NCBI GenBank assembly: GCA_964521165.1 | Contig: CAZFRA010000004.1 | Location: 1-60,678 of the forward strand | DNA: 60,678 nt | Direction of reading: 5' to 3' | From: an uncultured Lachnospiraceae bacterium | GTDB lineage: Bacteria > Bacillota > Clostridia > Christensenellales > UBA1242 | In this document: one piece after another, positions 30,237 through 39,738 of the stretch | Position numbering within the stretch: position 1 is the first letter of the stretch | How the letters are laid out: each line of letters starts with the position of its first letter | Made by a program: the position numbers and the translations under genes | The notes under the pieces: model-generated | Seen by the model: only the letters and a program-made list of their open reading frames with translations | The model's database searches: none | What the model was told of the DNA's origin: nothing

Positions 30237-31073
30237 TTATTCTGTTTCGGTGTATGAAAGTGGGGAGAAGGTGAGAACCAAGAAGACATTTTGTGTCACA
30301 TTTGCATCGTTGATAGTTGTCGTGATTTGGAAAGAGTAGATGACATCAAATGAATTGTTGGAATTAAAGGTCAAAGACACGCCGTTCGAAGAATTATCTT
30401 CGCCTAAAATGACGGTGATCGTGCGTAGTGACGATTGACCCCCCGAAAGCGTCAAATTGAAGCGAATGTAATATTCCGTTGTGTAGGACAAATTCATAAC
30501 TTGTGTAACATCACTAACTTCATTTGTTACGCCATCTCGAAAATCACCTTCAAGGTATGCGGCTTCTCGAAGAGTGGTCAGCGAATCGCCAACCAAAACA
30601 TTGAGAGAAACACCGGAAACCAAAACATCTGTCAAATTTTCTTCACTTGGTTCATCCGCGTCGATATCACTGGTGAATTTATATGACGAGAGAGTGTAGT
30701 ATTGCTGGCTATCGTCTTCAAAAACGGCGGTATAGCGATCGGCAGTTGATTGTGAAGCGGTAAAGGTTAATGTGCTAGAAAGTCCATCATCACTTGTCAC
30801 AATTTGGTAAGTTGAATTATTTGTTAAAATTGTTTTGTTTTGATATACCCACGCAATGAAACGGTTGCCGTTCAAGCCATATGCTTGCAAAGTGACAGTA
30901 TCACCTTCTGTGTAAGTGCCGTAGCCATAAACCGTGCCGTTTTTATATTCATTTGTGTAAACATCAATACGATAGATGTTAAGCGTGTCGCAACCAAAAA
31001 AGAAGAAGATTGGTATCAGCAAAATAATCAGCAAAAAGAAAAAATTTTTTCTCGATTTTGTTTTCATATCCAC
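30237..31073 (-). CDS. Hypothetical lipoprotein
   Basis: Signal peptide with lipobox FFFGC. The mature part is Thr/Ser/Tyr-rich and predicted beta-rich. One segment resembles a divergent InlB B-type repeat (GDTVTLQAYGLNGNRFIAWV). Confidence 0.7.
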   Translation of the reverse strand: MDMKTKSRKNFFFLLIILLIPIFFFFGCDTLNIYRIDVYTNEYKNGTVYGYGTYTEGDTVTLQAYGLNGNRFIAWVYQNKTILTNNSTYQIVTSDDGLSSTLTFTASQSTADRYTAVFEDDSQQYYTLSSYKFTSDIDADEPSEENLTDVLVSGVSLNVLVGDSLTTLREAAYLEGDFRDGVTNEVSDVTQVMNLSYTTEYYIRFNLTLSGGQSSLRTITVILGEDNSSNGVSLTFNSNNSFDVIYSFQITTTINDANVTQNVFLVLTFSPLSYTETE

Positions 31074-31225
31074 TCCTTCTATTTCTAAAATACATCTTTT
31101 TCATATTTATAATACCTTAATTTTGCAAATAAAGTCAAATAATTAAAAAGAAATATTAAAATTCGCTAGTTTTTTTATGAGTATTTTTCACGACCTTGCA
31201 TAAAATAGTTTAGTAAGGAGTTTTT

Positions 31226-31975
31226 ATGTGGGAATTCTGTCTGGTGACAAGGCGACTAAATGTTGCAAAATTTATTTACCAAACCTTGAAAACGGAAACA
31301 AAAGATTTTGAAACCGTTTTGACTTGCTTTGAGCAGTTTGATAATTTTTTTATTATGGTTGCGTGTCCAGAAATTGAGAAGAACCGCCTTTTAAGAATTT
31401 TGGAAAATTGTATTATCAAGGCGATATGCAACTTTTTTAAAGAAGAATATCTAGACAACCGTCTTCGACTTCCTATGCATGAGAAAATGAGCCTAACCGC
31501 TTTTAAAAAAGCGTTAATCAACTTTGATAAAGAAACTGATTTTTATATTATAAGCAAAAATTTGAACCTTGAAAAAACTTTCTATCTCGACGCTTTTTAC
31601 GATTTTCGATTAAATTCTCTTCGTAGTAAGTGGAATGAACTTATTATGCTGGCAAACGACAACAGCGACTATCTCATCGGTGACGAAGCATTTTATGATT
31701 TGTTGAAATTTTTGATTGATAATTTAGAGATTTGTGAGAATGAAATTTATGTTTTTGAAAAAGAAAATGGTTACACCATTAAAGCGGACAGAAACGAAAT
31801 GTTTTATGAGAGTTTAACAAACGAAGGATTAATATCCACACTCATTGAACTTTCGCCAAAAAGAATATATTTATATTGCGACAAAGAAGACTCGACCGTG
31901 AATTTTTTATCCAAAATATTTGAAAAAAGGGTGAATATAAATTATCAGCATAGTATGAAAAATTTCAAAATTTAA
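31226..31975 (+). CDS. ytxC: YtxC-like sporulation-associated protein
   Basis: Sits directly upstream of the thrS leader, as in Bacillus subtilis. SD aaggag. Family resemblance is judged by eye only. Confidence 0.6.
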   Translation: MWEFCLVTRRLNVAKFIYQTLKTETKDFETVLTCFEQFDNFFIMVACPEIEKNRLLRILENCIIKAICNFFKEEYLDNRLRLPMHEKMSLTAFKKALINFDKETDFYIISKNLNLEKTFYLDAFYDFRLNSLRSKWNELIMLANDNSDYLIGDEAFYDLLKFLIDNLEICENEIYVFEKENGYTIKADRNEMFYESLTNEGLISTLIELSPKRIYLYCDKEDSTVNFLSKIFEKRVNINYQHSMKNFKI

Positions 31976-32147
31976 TTATACGATTTACCAAAAATATAAA
32001 AGTAAAAACAAATTATTGCTAAGGATCTGCCATTGTATATCTATCGAACTTTCTTACCAATAGTAAATCAAAAAAATCAAAAAGTTTTAAAATTTTTGTC
32101 GAAAACTGTCGATTGGAAAAATTTTTCCGAAAAACATTATTTTATCC

Positions 32148-32176
32148 TTGACATTTTTGTTTTTTGTTGGTATAAT
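32148..32176 (+). promoter_or_regulatory. Sigma A-type promoter of the thrS leader
   Basis: TTGACA, 17-nt spacer, TATAAT (TGgTATAAT extended -10). Confidence 0.75.
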
Positions 32177-32179
32177 GTT

Positions 32180-32396
32180 TGCAGCATTTAGTGAAAGACA
32201 AGTAGGTTCAAAATGTTGTGTATAGAGAAAAGTTGGTTGGTGAAAAACTTTGACATATTTTGAAAGGAAACCACTTTCGCGCTTGAAGATGTTTTTTGTT
32301 TAAAGTGGCACGGGTTTTCCGTTGCAATTAAGGTGGAACCGCGGTTATATAATCGTCCTTAAAATACAAGTTTTTTCTTGGTTTTAAGGATTTTTA
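32180..32396 (+). promoter_or_regulatory. T-box leader, threonine specifier
   Basis: Stem I elements (AGTGA, AGAGA, GGTGAAAA). Specifier loop gaaaggaaACCActttc, with ACC at 32270-32272. T-box sequence aaggtggaaccgcg (32330-32343). Terminator tccttaaaa/ttttaagga followed by a T run. Confidence 0.9.
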
Positions 32397-32439
32397 TTTT
32401 TTATATATTCCTTGAAACATCAAATAAAAGGAGAAGATT

Positions 32440-34203
32440 ATGGAAAAAGATAAACAACAAGAACTTGAAAAAGCAAGACACTCGCTCGCTCACGTTTTGG
32501 CAAAAGCGCTCACTTTGCTTTATCCAAAAACCAAACTCACAATTGGGCCTGCGATTGATGACGGGTTTTACTATGATATCGACCTTGACGTCAATTTGAC
32601 GCCAGAACAATTTCCGGAAATTGAAAAGAAGATGAAGGAAATAATAAACAAGGGCGAATCCTTTATTCGTAAGGTGGTTTCAAAGAAGGAAGCGCTTGAA
32701 CTTTTCAAAGGTAATGAATACAAAACAGAGATTATAAGCGAACTTCCAGATGGTGAAGAGATTTCACTTTACTACACCGGCAACGACTTTTTCGACCTTT
32801 GTCGTGGACCGCATGTTGAGAGTTCGAAAAATCTTCAAAACTATGCTTTTAAAATTCACGCAGTGAACGGGGCATACTGGCGCGGTAGCGAGAAAAATAA
32901 GATGTTGCAACGCGTCTACGCTTATGCATATCCAGACAAAAAACAACTTAATGAGCATATCCAAATGATAGAAAAAGCCAAAAAACGCGACCATAACAAA
33001 CTTGGAAGAGAATTGGGATATTTTACAACAGTGGATTATATTGGGCAAGGACTCCCAATCTTACTTCCAAAAGGTGCCAGAGTGATTCAACTTCTTCAAA
33101 GATTTGTTGAAGACGAAGAGCAAAAAAGAGGTTGGCTTTTGACGAAAACACCTTTTATGGCAAAAAGTGATTTATATAAAATTTCGGGACATTGGGACCA
33201 TTATAAAGACGGAATGTTCGTTTTGGGAGATGAAAAGAAAGATAAAGAAGTTTTTGCTCTTCGACCAATGACTTGTCCATTTCAATATCAGGCATATTTA
33301 AACAAACCTCGTTCTTATAAAGATTTACCATTAAGATATAATGAAACTTCCACACTTTTCAGAAATGAAGCAAGTGGAGAAATGCACGGACTTATTCGCG
33401 TGCGCCAATTCACGATAAGCGAAGGGCATTTGATGTGCACTCCAGAACAACTTGAAAGCGAATTTAAGTCTTGTTTGGAACTAGCTGTTTATATACTGAA
33501 AACATTAGGTTTATATGAAGATGCATCTTATAGATTTTCTCAATGGGATCCAAATGATAAAGAAAAATATATTGGAACTGAAGAACAATGGAATGAAGCA
33601 CAAAGTGCAATGGAAAGAATATTGAAAGATTTGAAGGTCCCTTATGTTGTTGGAATTGGCGAAGCGGCATTCTATGGACCAAAACTTGATATTCAAATCA
33701 AAAATGTTTTTGGTAAAGAAGACACTTTGATTACCATTCAAATTGACCAAATGCTTGCCGAAAAATTTGGCATGGAATATACTGATAAGGATGGTGTTAA
33801 GAAAATGCCATATATCATCCATAGAACAAGCATTGGTTGTTATGAAAGAACTCTCGCATATTTGATTGAAAAATATGCCGGAGCATTTCCACTTTGGCTT
33901 TCGCCAGAGCAGGTGAGAGTGCTTTCATTGACCGAACGCAATGCGGAATATGTTGATAAGATTGTGGCAAAATTGAGAAACGAAAGTATAAGAGCAGAAG
34001 CGGATAACCGCAACGAAAAAATCGGATACAAAATTCGCGAAGCGTTGAATGAAAAGGTGCCATATCTCATTATCGTTGGTGATGAGGAAGAGAAAAGCAA
34101 CACGATCTCAATTCGTGGGCGCGGGTATGAAAATGTAAGCGGTCTAGTTTTAGACGATTTTATCGAAAGACTTAAAAATGAAATTGTAACCAAAAAGATT
34201 TAA
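32440..34203 (+). CDS. thrS: Threonine-tRNA ligase (no N-terminal TGS domain)
   Basis: Starts in the editing-domain region (ARHSLAHVLAKAL). Class II core FRNEASGEMHGLIRVRQFT. C-terminal anticodon-binding domain. Confidence 0.95.
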   Translation: MEKDKQQELEKARHSLAHVLAKALTLLYPKTKLTIGPAIDDGFYYDIDLDVNLTPEQFPEIEKKMKEIINKGESFIRKVVSKKEALELFKGNEYKTEIISELPDGEEISLYYTGNDFFDLCRGPHVESSKNLQNYAFKIHAVNGAYWRGSEKNKMLQRVYAYAYPDKKQLNEHIQMIEKAKKRDHNKLGRELGYFTTVDYIGQGLPILLPKGARVIQLLQRFVEDEEQKRGWLLTKTPFMAKSDLYKISGHWDHYKDGMFVLGDEKKDKEVFALRPMTCPFQYQAYLNKPRSYKDLPLRYNETSTLFRNEASGEMHGLIRVRQFTISEGHLMCTPEQLESEFKSCLELAVYILKTLGLYEDASYRFSQWDPNDKEKYIGTEEQWNEAQSAMERILKDLKVPYVVGIGEAAFYGPKLDIQIKNVFGKEDTLITIQIDQMLAEKFGMEYTDKDGVKKMPYIIHRTSIGCYERTLAYLIEKYAGAFPLWLSPEQVRVLSLTERNAEYVDKIVAKLRNESIRAEADNRNEKIGYKIREALNEKVPYLIIVGDEEEKSNTISIRGRGYENVSGLVLDDFIERLKNEIVTKKI

Positions 34204-34211
34204 TTTCAAAG

Positions 34212-34242
34212 AAAGTGTTTTGAAAAATAAAACACTTTTTTT
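34212..34242 (+). terminator. Intrinsic terminator after thrS
   Basis: Stem aaagtgtttt/aaaacacttt followed by a T run. Confidence 0.8.
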
Positions 34243-34254
34243 GTTAGGTGGATA

Positions 34255-34283
34255 TTGACTTTCAAACAGTCATATGATAAAAT
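34255..34283 (+). promoter_or_regulatory. Sigma A-type promoter upstream of the micro-ORF and yajC
   Basis: TTGACT, 17-nt spacer, TAAAAT. Confidence 0.55.
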
Positions 34284-34394
34284 TTAGATGTGTTAGAATT
34301 TGTCGATACCGCCAAAAAAATTGAATATTTTTTAGATTTTATTTAATTTTGTTTGGTAAATTCTTAATTTTATGTTAACATATAGGAGGCTCAA

Positions 34395-34469
34395 ATGGGA
34401 ATAAACGAACTTGCAATACCACTTTTGGTGTTCTTTATGGTGTTCCTTTTTGGGTTTTATATAAAATAA
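34395..34469 (+). CDS. Unannotated 24-aa hydrophobic micro-protein (MGINELAIPLLVFFMVFLFGFYIK)
   Basis: Strong SD AGGAGG 5 nt upstream of the ATG. One TM-length hydrophobic stretch. Stop lies 14 nt before the yajC start. Too short for the ORF track. Confidence 0.45.
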   Translation: MGINELAIPLLVFFMVFLFGFYIK

Positions 34470-34483
34470 GAAGGAGACAATAA

Positions 34484-34921
34484 ATGGAGAATATTATAAA
34501 TTATATCCTACTCGCTGTTGTTGTTTTGATGCTCATTGCTCTTCCAATTATGATGAATCAAAAAAACAAACGCGAAACACAAAAGATTCAAGAGCAAACA
34601 AATTCGCTGAAAGTTGGCGATAAAATTTTGACAACAAGCGGAGTTTACGGCACGATAACCGAACTCAAATTTGACGAAACTCAAAAACTTGTTGTTATTG
34701 AAACTGGTGGAAAAGAAAAAAGTTATTTGACTGTTGATGCTTATGCTATCTACACCGTCTTCAAGAGCGAAGAAGAAATTAAAGAAGAGCAGGCAAAGAT
34801 TGAAGCAGAAGTAAAGGCAAAAGAAGAAAGTAAGACAGAAAAAAAGAAAACTAAAAAATCGAAAAAAGTGGAAGAAGTTGCAGAAACAACAGAAACTACG
34901 GATAAAAATGAGAAGGAATAA
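34484..34921 (+). CDS. yajC: Preprotein translocase subunit YajC with a Lys/Glu-rich C-terminal extension
   Basis: N-terminal TM helix and the VGDKILTTSGVYGTITE motif. Confidence 0.9.
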   Translation: MENIINYILLAVVVLMLIALPIMMNQKNKRETQKIQEQTNSLKVGDKILTTSGVYGTITELKFDETQKLVVIETGGKEKSYLTVDAYAIYTVFKSEEEIKEEQAKIEAEVKAKEESKTEKKKTKKSKKVEEVAETTETTDKNEKE

Positions 34922-34935
34922 TCCTTCTTTTTTTA

Positions 34936-35538
34936 TTAGTTTAAGCCGGTCTTTTGTGCTATTTTTATTGCTTTTTGGTGTGCTTTATCCACAATGTTTG
35001 TACCGTGAGTTTTGGAGTTTTTGAAATGTAAACATAAATGTCCACCTAGGCCGTTGTTGAGTTGATTATCGCCGTGCGGATAACAACTTATACTTACAGA
35101 AATAAACAGATTGTCGTTAAGTTGTAACAAACACGGGCGTCTTTGCCAAGAATATTCTTCCACAACATCCAAAAATTTTTGCGTGTTACTTTCGTTAATT
35201 GTTTCCACTTCGGCGTGGGATGTTCCGCCGGTGCGTTGTATAAGAATGTCCACACCAGTTTCAAGGTCGGTTAAAACATAGGTTGTGTCATATTCAAACA
35301 GCAAATCAGCCACACTCCAATCAAGACAAACCACCTTTTGTTCAATATTTTTTGAAGTGGATAGTTCGCTTTCAGAAAGGTTACTAATTTCCAGCATATT
35401 TTGACTGGTCACATTTGTGTAATCCGAAAAAATTGGGTAAGGAAAAAGCCCAGCAAAGATGCCGAGAGCGAAAAGGAAAATGAAAAGATAAATTGCCAGT
35501 TTGTTTTGCATAAAAATATGATGTAAAAAATCTGCCAA
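34936..35538 (-). CDS. Hypothetical membrane-anchored protein
   Basis: N-terminal TM helix (LAIYLFIFLFALGIFAGLF). The C-terminal domain has His/Cys-rich motifs (CYPHG, GHLCLHF). Start codon uncertain: TTG at 35538 or ATG at 35511. Confidence 0.5.
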   Translation of the reverse strand: MADFLHHIFMQNKLAIYLFIFLFALGIFAGLFPYPIFSDYTNVTSQNMLEISNLSESELSTSKNIEQKVVCLDWSVADLLFEYDTTYVLTDLETGVDILIQRTGGTSHAEVETINESNTQKFLDVVEEYSWQRRPCLLQLNDNLFISVSISCYPHGDNQLNNGLGGHLCLHFKNSKTHGTNIVDKAHQKAIKIAQKTGLN

Positions 35539-35549
35539 AATATACCAAT

Positions 35550-36002
35550 TTATTTTCTGCGGTTTTTAAAGAAACTTGTTAGAAGTTGAGCACAAATTGA
35601 AGAATATTCTTCTTCTTTGATAAGTGTGGTTTTGTGATTTAGGCGATTGCTTTGGAAGATTTGTTCGCATAGTTCGTCGGTGGAGTTTGTTTCATCGGTG
35701 CCATAGTGACAACACATTATTCTTGAATTGGCAATTGCGCCGGCGCACATCGGACACGGTTTGAGAGTGACATAAATTTCGCAATCGCTCAATCGCCAAT
35801 CGTGAAGTTTTTTGCAAGCCTTTTCAATAGCGATAATCTCGGCGTGTTTAATTGCGTTTTTACTTTTTTCGCGCGTGTTATATCCTTTTGAGATAATCTT
35901 CCCGTTTTTAACAACGCAGGCGCCAATTGGTACTTCCTGTTTTTTTAGTGCTTTTCCCGCTTCCTTAATCGCGGTTTCCATAAAAATATTTTTTTCTTTC
36001 AT
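35550..36002 (-). CDS. tadA: tRNA-specific adenosine(34) deaminase
   Basis: Zinc motifs HAEIIAI and PCPMCAGA. Confidence 0.9.
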   Translation of the reverse strand: MKEKNIFMETAIKEAGKALKKQEVPIGACVVKNGKIISKGYNTREKSKNAIKHAEIIAIEKACKKLHDWRLSDCEIYVTLKPCPMCAGAIANSRIMCCHYGTDETNSTDELCEQIFQSNRLNHKTTLIKEEEYSSICAQLLTSFFKNRRK

Positions 36003-36081
36003 TTCAATATTTTAACTCAAAAATTTTTTAAAGTCCACTAATATTCTTGTTTTTTTTCATAAATTATGATATATTCTTACT

Positions 36082-37110
36082 ATGGACAATGTTGATAAAG
36101 ACTTTCAAAAGGCGGTCACAAAACGAAATTTTTATAACACGAATGATGTTGGCAAGGTTTATCTTTATGCCGTAATTGTTCCATTAGTGATTACTCTCAT
36201 TTTCTCTTTTGTTTGCTCATGGATTGCTCAACTTGCAGGCATGGAGTTTGCTGATGGAGAAAATTGGCTTCAAACGCTTTACCAAAATTTTCTTTGGTTC
36301 TCTATTCCATATTCTCTCATCACACAAATCTCTTTTGTTATTATCTACTTTACTTACAACAAAGTAAATAGAATTTCCTTGAAAGCGACAAAACTTGAAT
36401 TCAAAAAAATAAATCCAATTGTGGCGATTGCTTGCGCGGTGCTCGGCATCTTGTTTGTTATTGGTTTTTACGCCCTAATTGAAGGGTGCTTTGGCACACT
36501 TTTTGAAATGTGGGGAATTTTGACAGATGAAAGCCCGATTCCACTTAACAATTTTGGTTGGTATGTTTTCTATATCGTTGTTTTTGCGCTTGTTCCAGCA
36601 ATTTGCGAAGAAGTTATCTTCCGTGGAATTATTTTCAGTGGGCTCAAAAGGGGAATTGGCAGTTTATGGGCGATTATCCTTTCAAGTTTACTTTTCGCTC
36701 TCATTCACCAAAAGATAAATCAATTTATTTATCCTTTTATTCTCGGTGTGGTTGTTGCCACAATAATGAACAAAACGAACAATATTTTCTACACAATCTT
36801 ACTTCACTTTTTCAATAATTTGACAACGGTCACAATTCAATATCTTTTAAACATCGGTGCGCTCAATCTTAATTTTGAAGTTGGTGCTGTTTATGTGATT
36901 GTGGCTCTTATTTTGGCACTTGTTGTTGCTGTTATCTTTGTTTTATTTTACTTTTTCTACCTTCGTAAAAAAGAGTTTGCAAAAACCAAAGATGAAGGGG
37001 AAGATTTTATTGGTATAGAACCAATATTTATCGGCAAACTACCACTTACGCTTTATGCAGGTATGGCAATTTCTGTGATATTTATTGTTATAAATATTGT
37101 TGCGCGGTAA
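36082..37110 (+). CDS. CPBP-family intramembrane glutamic endopeptidase (CAAX protease-like), paralog 1
   Basis: Motifs CEEVIFRG, FALIHQ, HFFNN; polytopic. Confidence 0.85.
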   Translation: MDNVDKDFQKAVTKRNFYNTNDVGKVYLYAVIVPLVITLIFSFVCSWIAQLAGMEFADGENWLQTLYQNFLWFSIPYSLITQISFVIIYFTYNKVNRISLKATKLEFKKINPIVAIACAVLGILFVIGFYALIEGCFGTLFEMWGILTDESPIPLNNFGWYVFYIVVFALVPAICEEVIFRGIIFSGLKRGIGSLWAIILSSLLFALIHQKINQFIYPFILGVVVATIMNKTNNIFYTILLHFFNNLTTVTIQYLLNIGALNLNFEVGAVYVIVALILALVVAVIFVLFYFFYLRKKEFAKTKDEGEDFIGIEPIFIGKLPLTLYAGMAISVIFIVINIVAR

Positions 37111-37132
37111 TAAAATATTTTAGGGGTTAAAT

Positions 37133-38245
37133 GTGGAAAAAAAATATGCTTTTGCATCAAGTTTAATATATTTTATCATAGTTTGCATTTTCGTTACATT
37201 GAGAATGCTGAATAGTTTTGGTCTGCTTTCTTTTTTGGGAGAATATGGGAAATACATTGTCAACGGTGGGTTGCAAATTGGGATTTTGTTCTTTTTTACT
37301 ATTTTTATGTTTAAATTTTTAACCAAAACTAGTTTGAAAAAAACTTTCTATGCGTTTTCATATCAAAAAGTTTCCTTTAGAATTGTTTTAATTTCAATTG
37401 GGCTTGGAGTTGTTGTTTATTTTTTAAACATTTTTATCGCAAGTTTCTTCAATTCAATTTTGTCACTTATTGGCTATGAATTCTCAACTTCCACTTCTTC
37501 TACCCCGACAATTTTGACGCTTATCTTGGGGCTTATTTTCACGGCGATATTGCCGGCAATTTGCGAAGAAAACACGCATAGAGGTATGCTACTTTTCGGC
37601 AATGCAAAACTTGGACTTGTTAAAAACATTTTACTCACCGGGTTAATGTTCGGGCTTCTTCATATGAACATCGAACAATTTTTCTACGCCACTATGATTG
37701 GTATATTTTTGAATTTTGTGCTTTATGCCACCGATAGCATCTATCCTTCAATAATCATACACTTTATGAATAATGGCATCGGTGTCACACTGTCTTATCT
37801 TACACAAACTAATGTCATCAGAGGCGGAATTTTCTCAAAAATAAACGAAATTACATCAACTAATGCTATGCTCGGTTTTATTATTATCTTTGTTTTAATG
37901 TTAGTTTTGGTTGTGCTTTTAATCTATTTGACAAAACTTCTTATGCGTTGCAGTTTTGAAGATAGTTTCAAGAAAAAACAAAAAGAAGTTATGGATCTGA
38001 CGGCAAGGTTTGATTTTTTTAGTGATATTGCCAAAATTAAAAACGGCGGCAAAGAGAATGAGTTGTTTAATGTGAAAGATTTGGAAATTATCTCATTCGA
38101 TGTAGATAAGGGCGAGCACCACGAAGTTGTTTTGCCGAAAACTAAAAATGAGAAAATGGAAACTCGAACAAAAATTCTTCACATCGCGTCGATTGTTTTG
38201 ATGTCGGCGGTCACTCTTTTCACACTTATTTGGGGGATTATATGA
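37133..38245 (+). CDS. CPBP-family intramembrane glutamic endopeptidase, paralog 2
   Basis: Motifs CEENTHRG, FGLLHM, HFMNN. GTG start is uncertain. The stop overlaps the rlmH ATG (ATGA). Confidence 0.8.
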   Translation: MEKKYAFASSLIYFIIVCIFVTLRMLNSFGLLSFLGEYGKYIVNGGLQIGILFFFTIFMFKFLTKTSLKKTFYAFSYQKVSFRIVLISIGLGVVVYFLNIFIASFFNSILSLIGYEFSTSTSSTPTILTLILGLIFTAILPAICEENTHRGMLLFGNAKLGLVKNILLTGLMFGLLHMNIEQFFYATMIGIFLNFVLYATDSIYPSIIIHFMNNGIGVTLSYLTQTNVIRGGIFSKINEITSTNAMLGFIIIFVLMLVLVVLLIYLTKLLMRCSFEDSFKKKQKEVMDLTARFDFFSDIAKIKNGGKENELFNVKDLEIISFDVDKGEHHEVVLPKTKNEKMETRTKILHIASIVLMSAVTLFTLIWGII

Positions 38246-38700
38246 TAACAATTAACATTCTTTGTGTTGGCAATTTAAAGGAAAAATTTTCGCGTGAAGA
38301 GCAGGCGGAATATTTAAAAAGACTTTCCGCTTTTTGCAAGGTGAATATTATTGAAATTAAGGAACAAAATAAGTTTGAAAATATCGAGTTGATAAAAGAA
38401 AAAGAAGGCGAAGAAATTTTGAAAAATTTGTCTGGAACAACTTTTTTGTGTGATGTGCAAGCGAAAGAAGTGACGAGTGTGGAGTTTGCCGGCATAATTG
38501 AAAAACTTGCGCAAGAAACTTCCAAAATAACTTTTGTGATTGGCGGGTCGTATGGCGTCAGCAAAAAAGTGAAGGAAAGTTGCCAAAAAAGTGTATCCTT
38601 TTCCAAAATGACCTTTCCACACAATCTTTTTCGAATAATGCTTTTGGAACAAATATATCGCGCTTTCACAATAATTTCTGGTAAAAAGTATAACAAGTGA
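38242..38700 (+). CDS. rlmH: 23S rRNA (pseudouridine1915-N3)-methyltransferase
   Basis: SPOUT-family RlmH pattern (MITINILCVGNLKEKF...IGGSYG...LEQIYRA). Confidence 0.9.
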   Translation: MITINILCVGNLKEKFSREEQAEYLKRLSAFCKVNIIEIKEQNKFENIELIKEKEGEEILKNLSGTTFLCDVQAKEVTSVEFAGIIEKLAQETSKITFVIGGSYGVSKKVKESCQKSVSFSKMTFPHNLFRIMLLEQIYRAFTIISGKKYNK

Positions 38701-38774
38701 ATAAAATCTTAAATATTTTCGTGATTTTGTTTGACAAAAAATAAAGACATAGTTTAAAATGATAATGGTGATAT

Positions 38775-39194
38775 ATGCAAAACAAAAAATTTATGGCACT
38801 TGACTATGGTAATTCACGAATTGGAATCGCGTTTTCGGATGATGTGGCGACAATTGCTTTTGCAGATAAGGTCTATCAAAGTCGCGGGCGAGAGAAGGAT
38901 TTGGAATATCTTTCTTCATATGCCAAAGAAAATGGTGTAACGAGAATTGTTATTGGTCTGCCACTAAATGCAGATGGCACTGAAAGTGAAATGTCAGCGA
39001 GAGTGAAGGAATTTGGAAATGCTCTTGAAGAATTTTCACAAATAAAGGTTTTTTATCAAGATGAGAGATACACATCTTTTGAAGCGGAAGAATATTTGAA
39101 GGAAGCAAAAATCAAATGGCAAGACCGCAAAAAACTTCTGGACAAGTTGTCCGCTCAAATTATTTTGCAAAACTATCTTGATGAAAATAAATAA
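38775..39194 (+). CDS. ruvX: Putative pre-16S rRNA nuclease / Holliday junction resolvase-like YqgF
   Basis: ALDYGNSRIGIAFSD, IVIGLPLNADGTES, SAQIILQNYLD. Confidence 0.9.
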   Translation: MQNKKFMALDYGNSRIGIAFSDDVATIAFADKVYQSRGREKDLEYLSSYAKENGVTRIVIGLPLNADGTESEMSARVKEFGNALEEFSQIKVFYQDERYTSFEAEEYLKEAKIKWQDRKKLLDKLSAQIILQNYLDENK

Positions 39195-39210
39195 AGAAAA
39201 GGAGGAGATT

Positions 39211-39597
39211 ATGGATAAAAATAAATTGGAAAAATTGGAAGAAGTTTCAAATCAAGTGGAAGACGAGATGTCACAATTTGACATTTTAGATGTTCTTCTT
39301 GACCAAGATAACACCGAACCTGTGCTTTTGGAAGATGATAAGGGCAGAAGAATCACTTTTGAACAAGTGGCTATCGTTCCTTATGACAACAAAATTTACG
39401 CAGTTTTGAAACCTTTGGACAAGATTGAAGGTGTGAAAGATGATGAAGCAATTGTTTTCTTGTGCGACGAAACAACAAATCCAACCACATTAAGACCAGA
39501 AAACAACCAAGATATTGCTATCAAAATTTTTGATGAATACTATAATCTTGTTGAAGAGGCGAACAAAAAAGCAAGTAAGAAAAAGAGTAAAAAATAA
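39211..39597 (+). CDS. DUF1292-family protein (YrzB-like)
   Basis: Conserved position after ruvX. Acidic protein with the core FEQVAIVPYDNKIYAVLKP. SD aaggagg. Confidence 0.8.
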   Translation: MDKNKLEKLEEVSNQVEDEMSQFDILDVLLDQDNTEPVLLEDDKGRRITFEQVAIVPYDNKIYAVLKPLDKIEGVKDDEAIVFLCDETTNPTTLRPENNQDIAIKIFDEYYNLVEEANKKASKKKSKK

Positions 39598-39738
39598 GTT
39601 CTATCATAAAAACAAACAAGACAGACAAAAAGTTTTGTTTGTTTTTTTTATTTCTTTTTCTATTTTCGTATAAAATTTAAAATTTTAATAAAAATATATG
39701 TAACAAGGATGAATTTCCTTGAAAAAAGGGGGTAAACT

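Noticed and set aside
38238-38696. 152-aa and 112-aa minus-strand ORFs
   Set aside because: They lie antisense to rlmH, which has a clear family signature.
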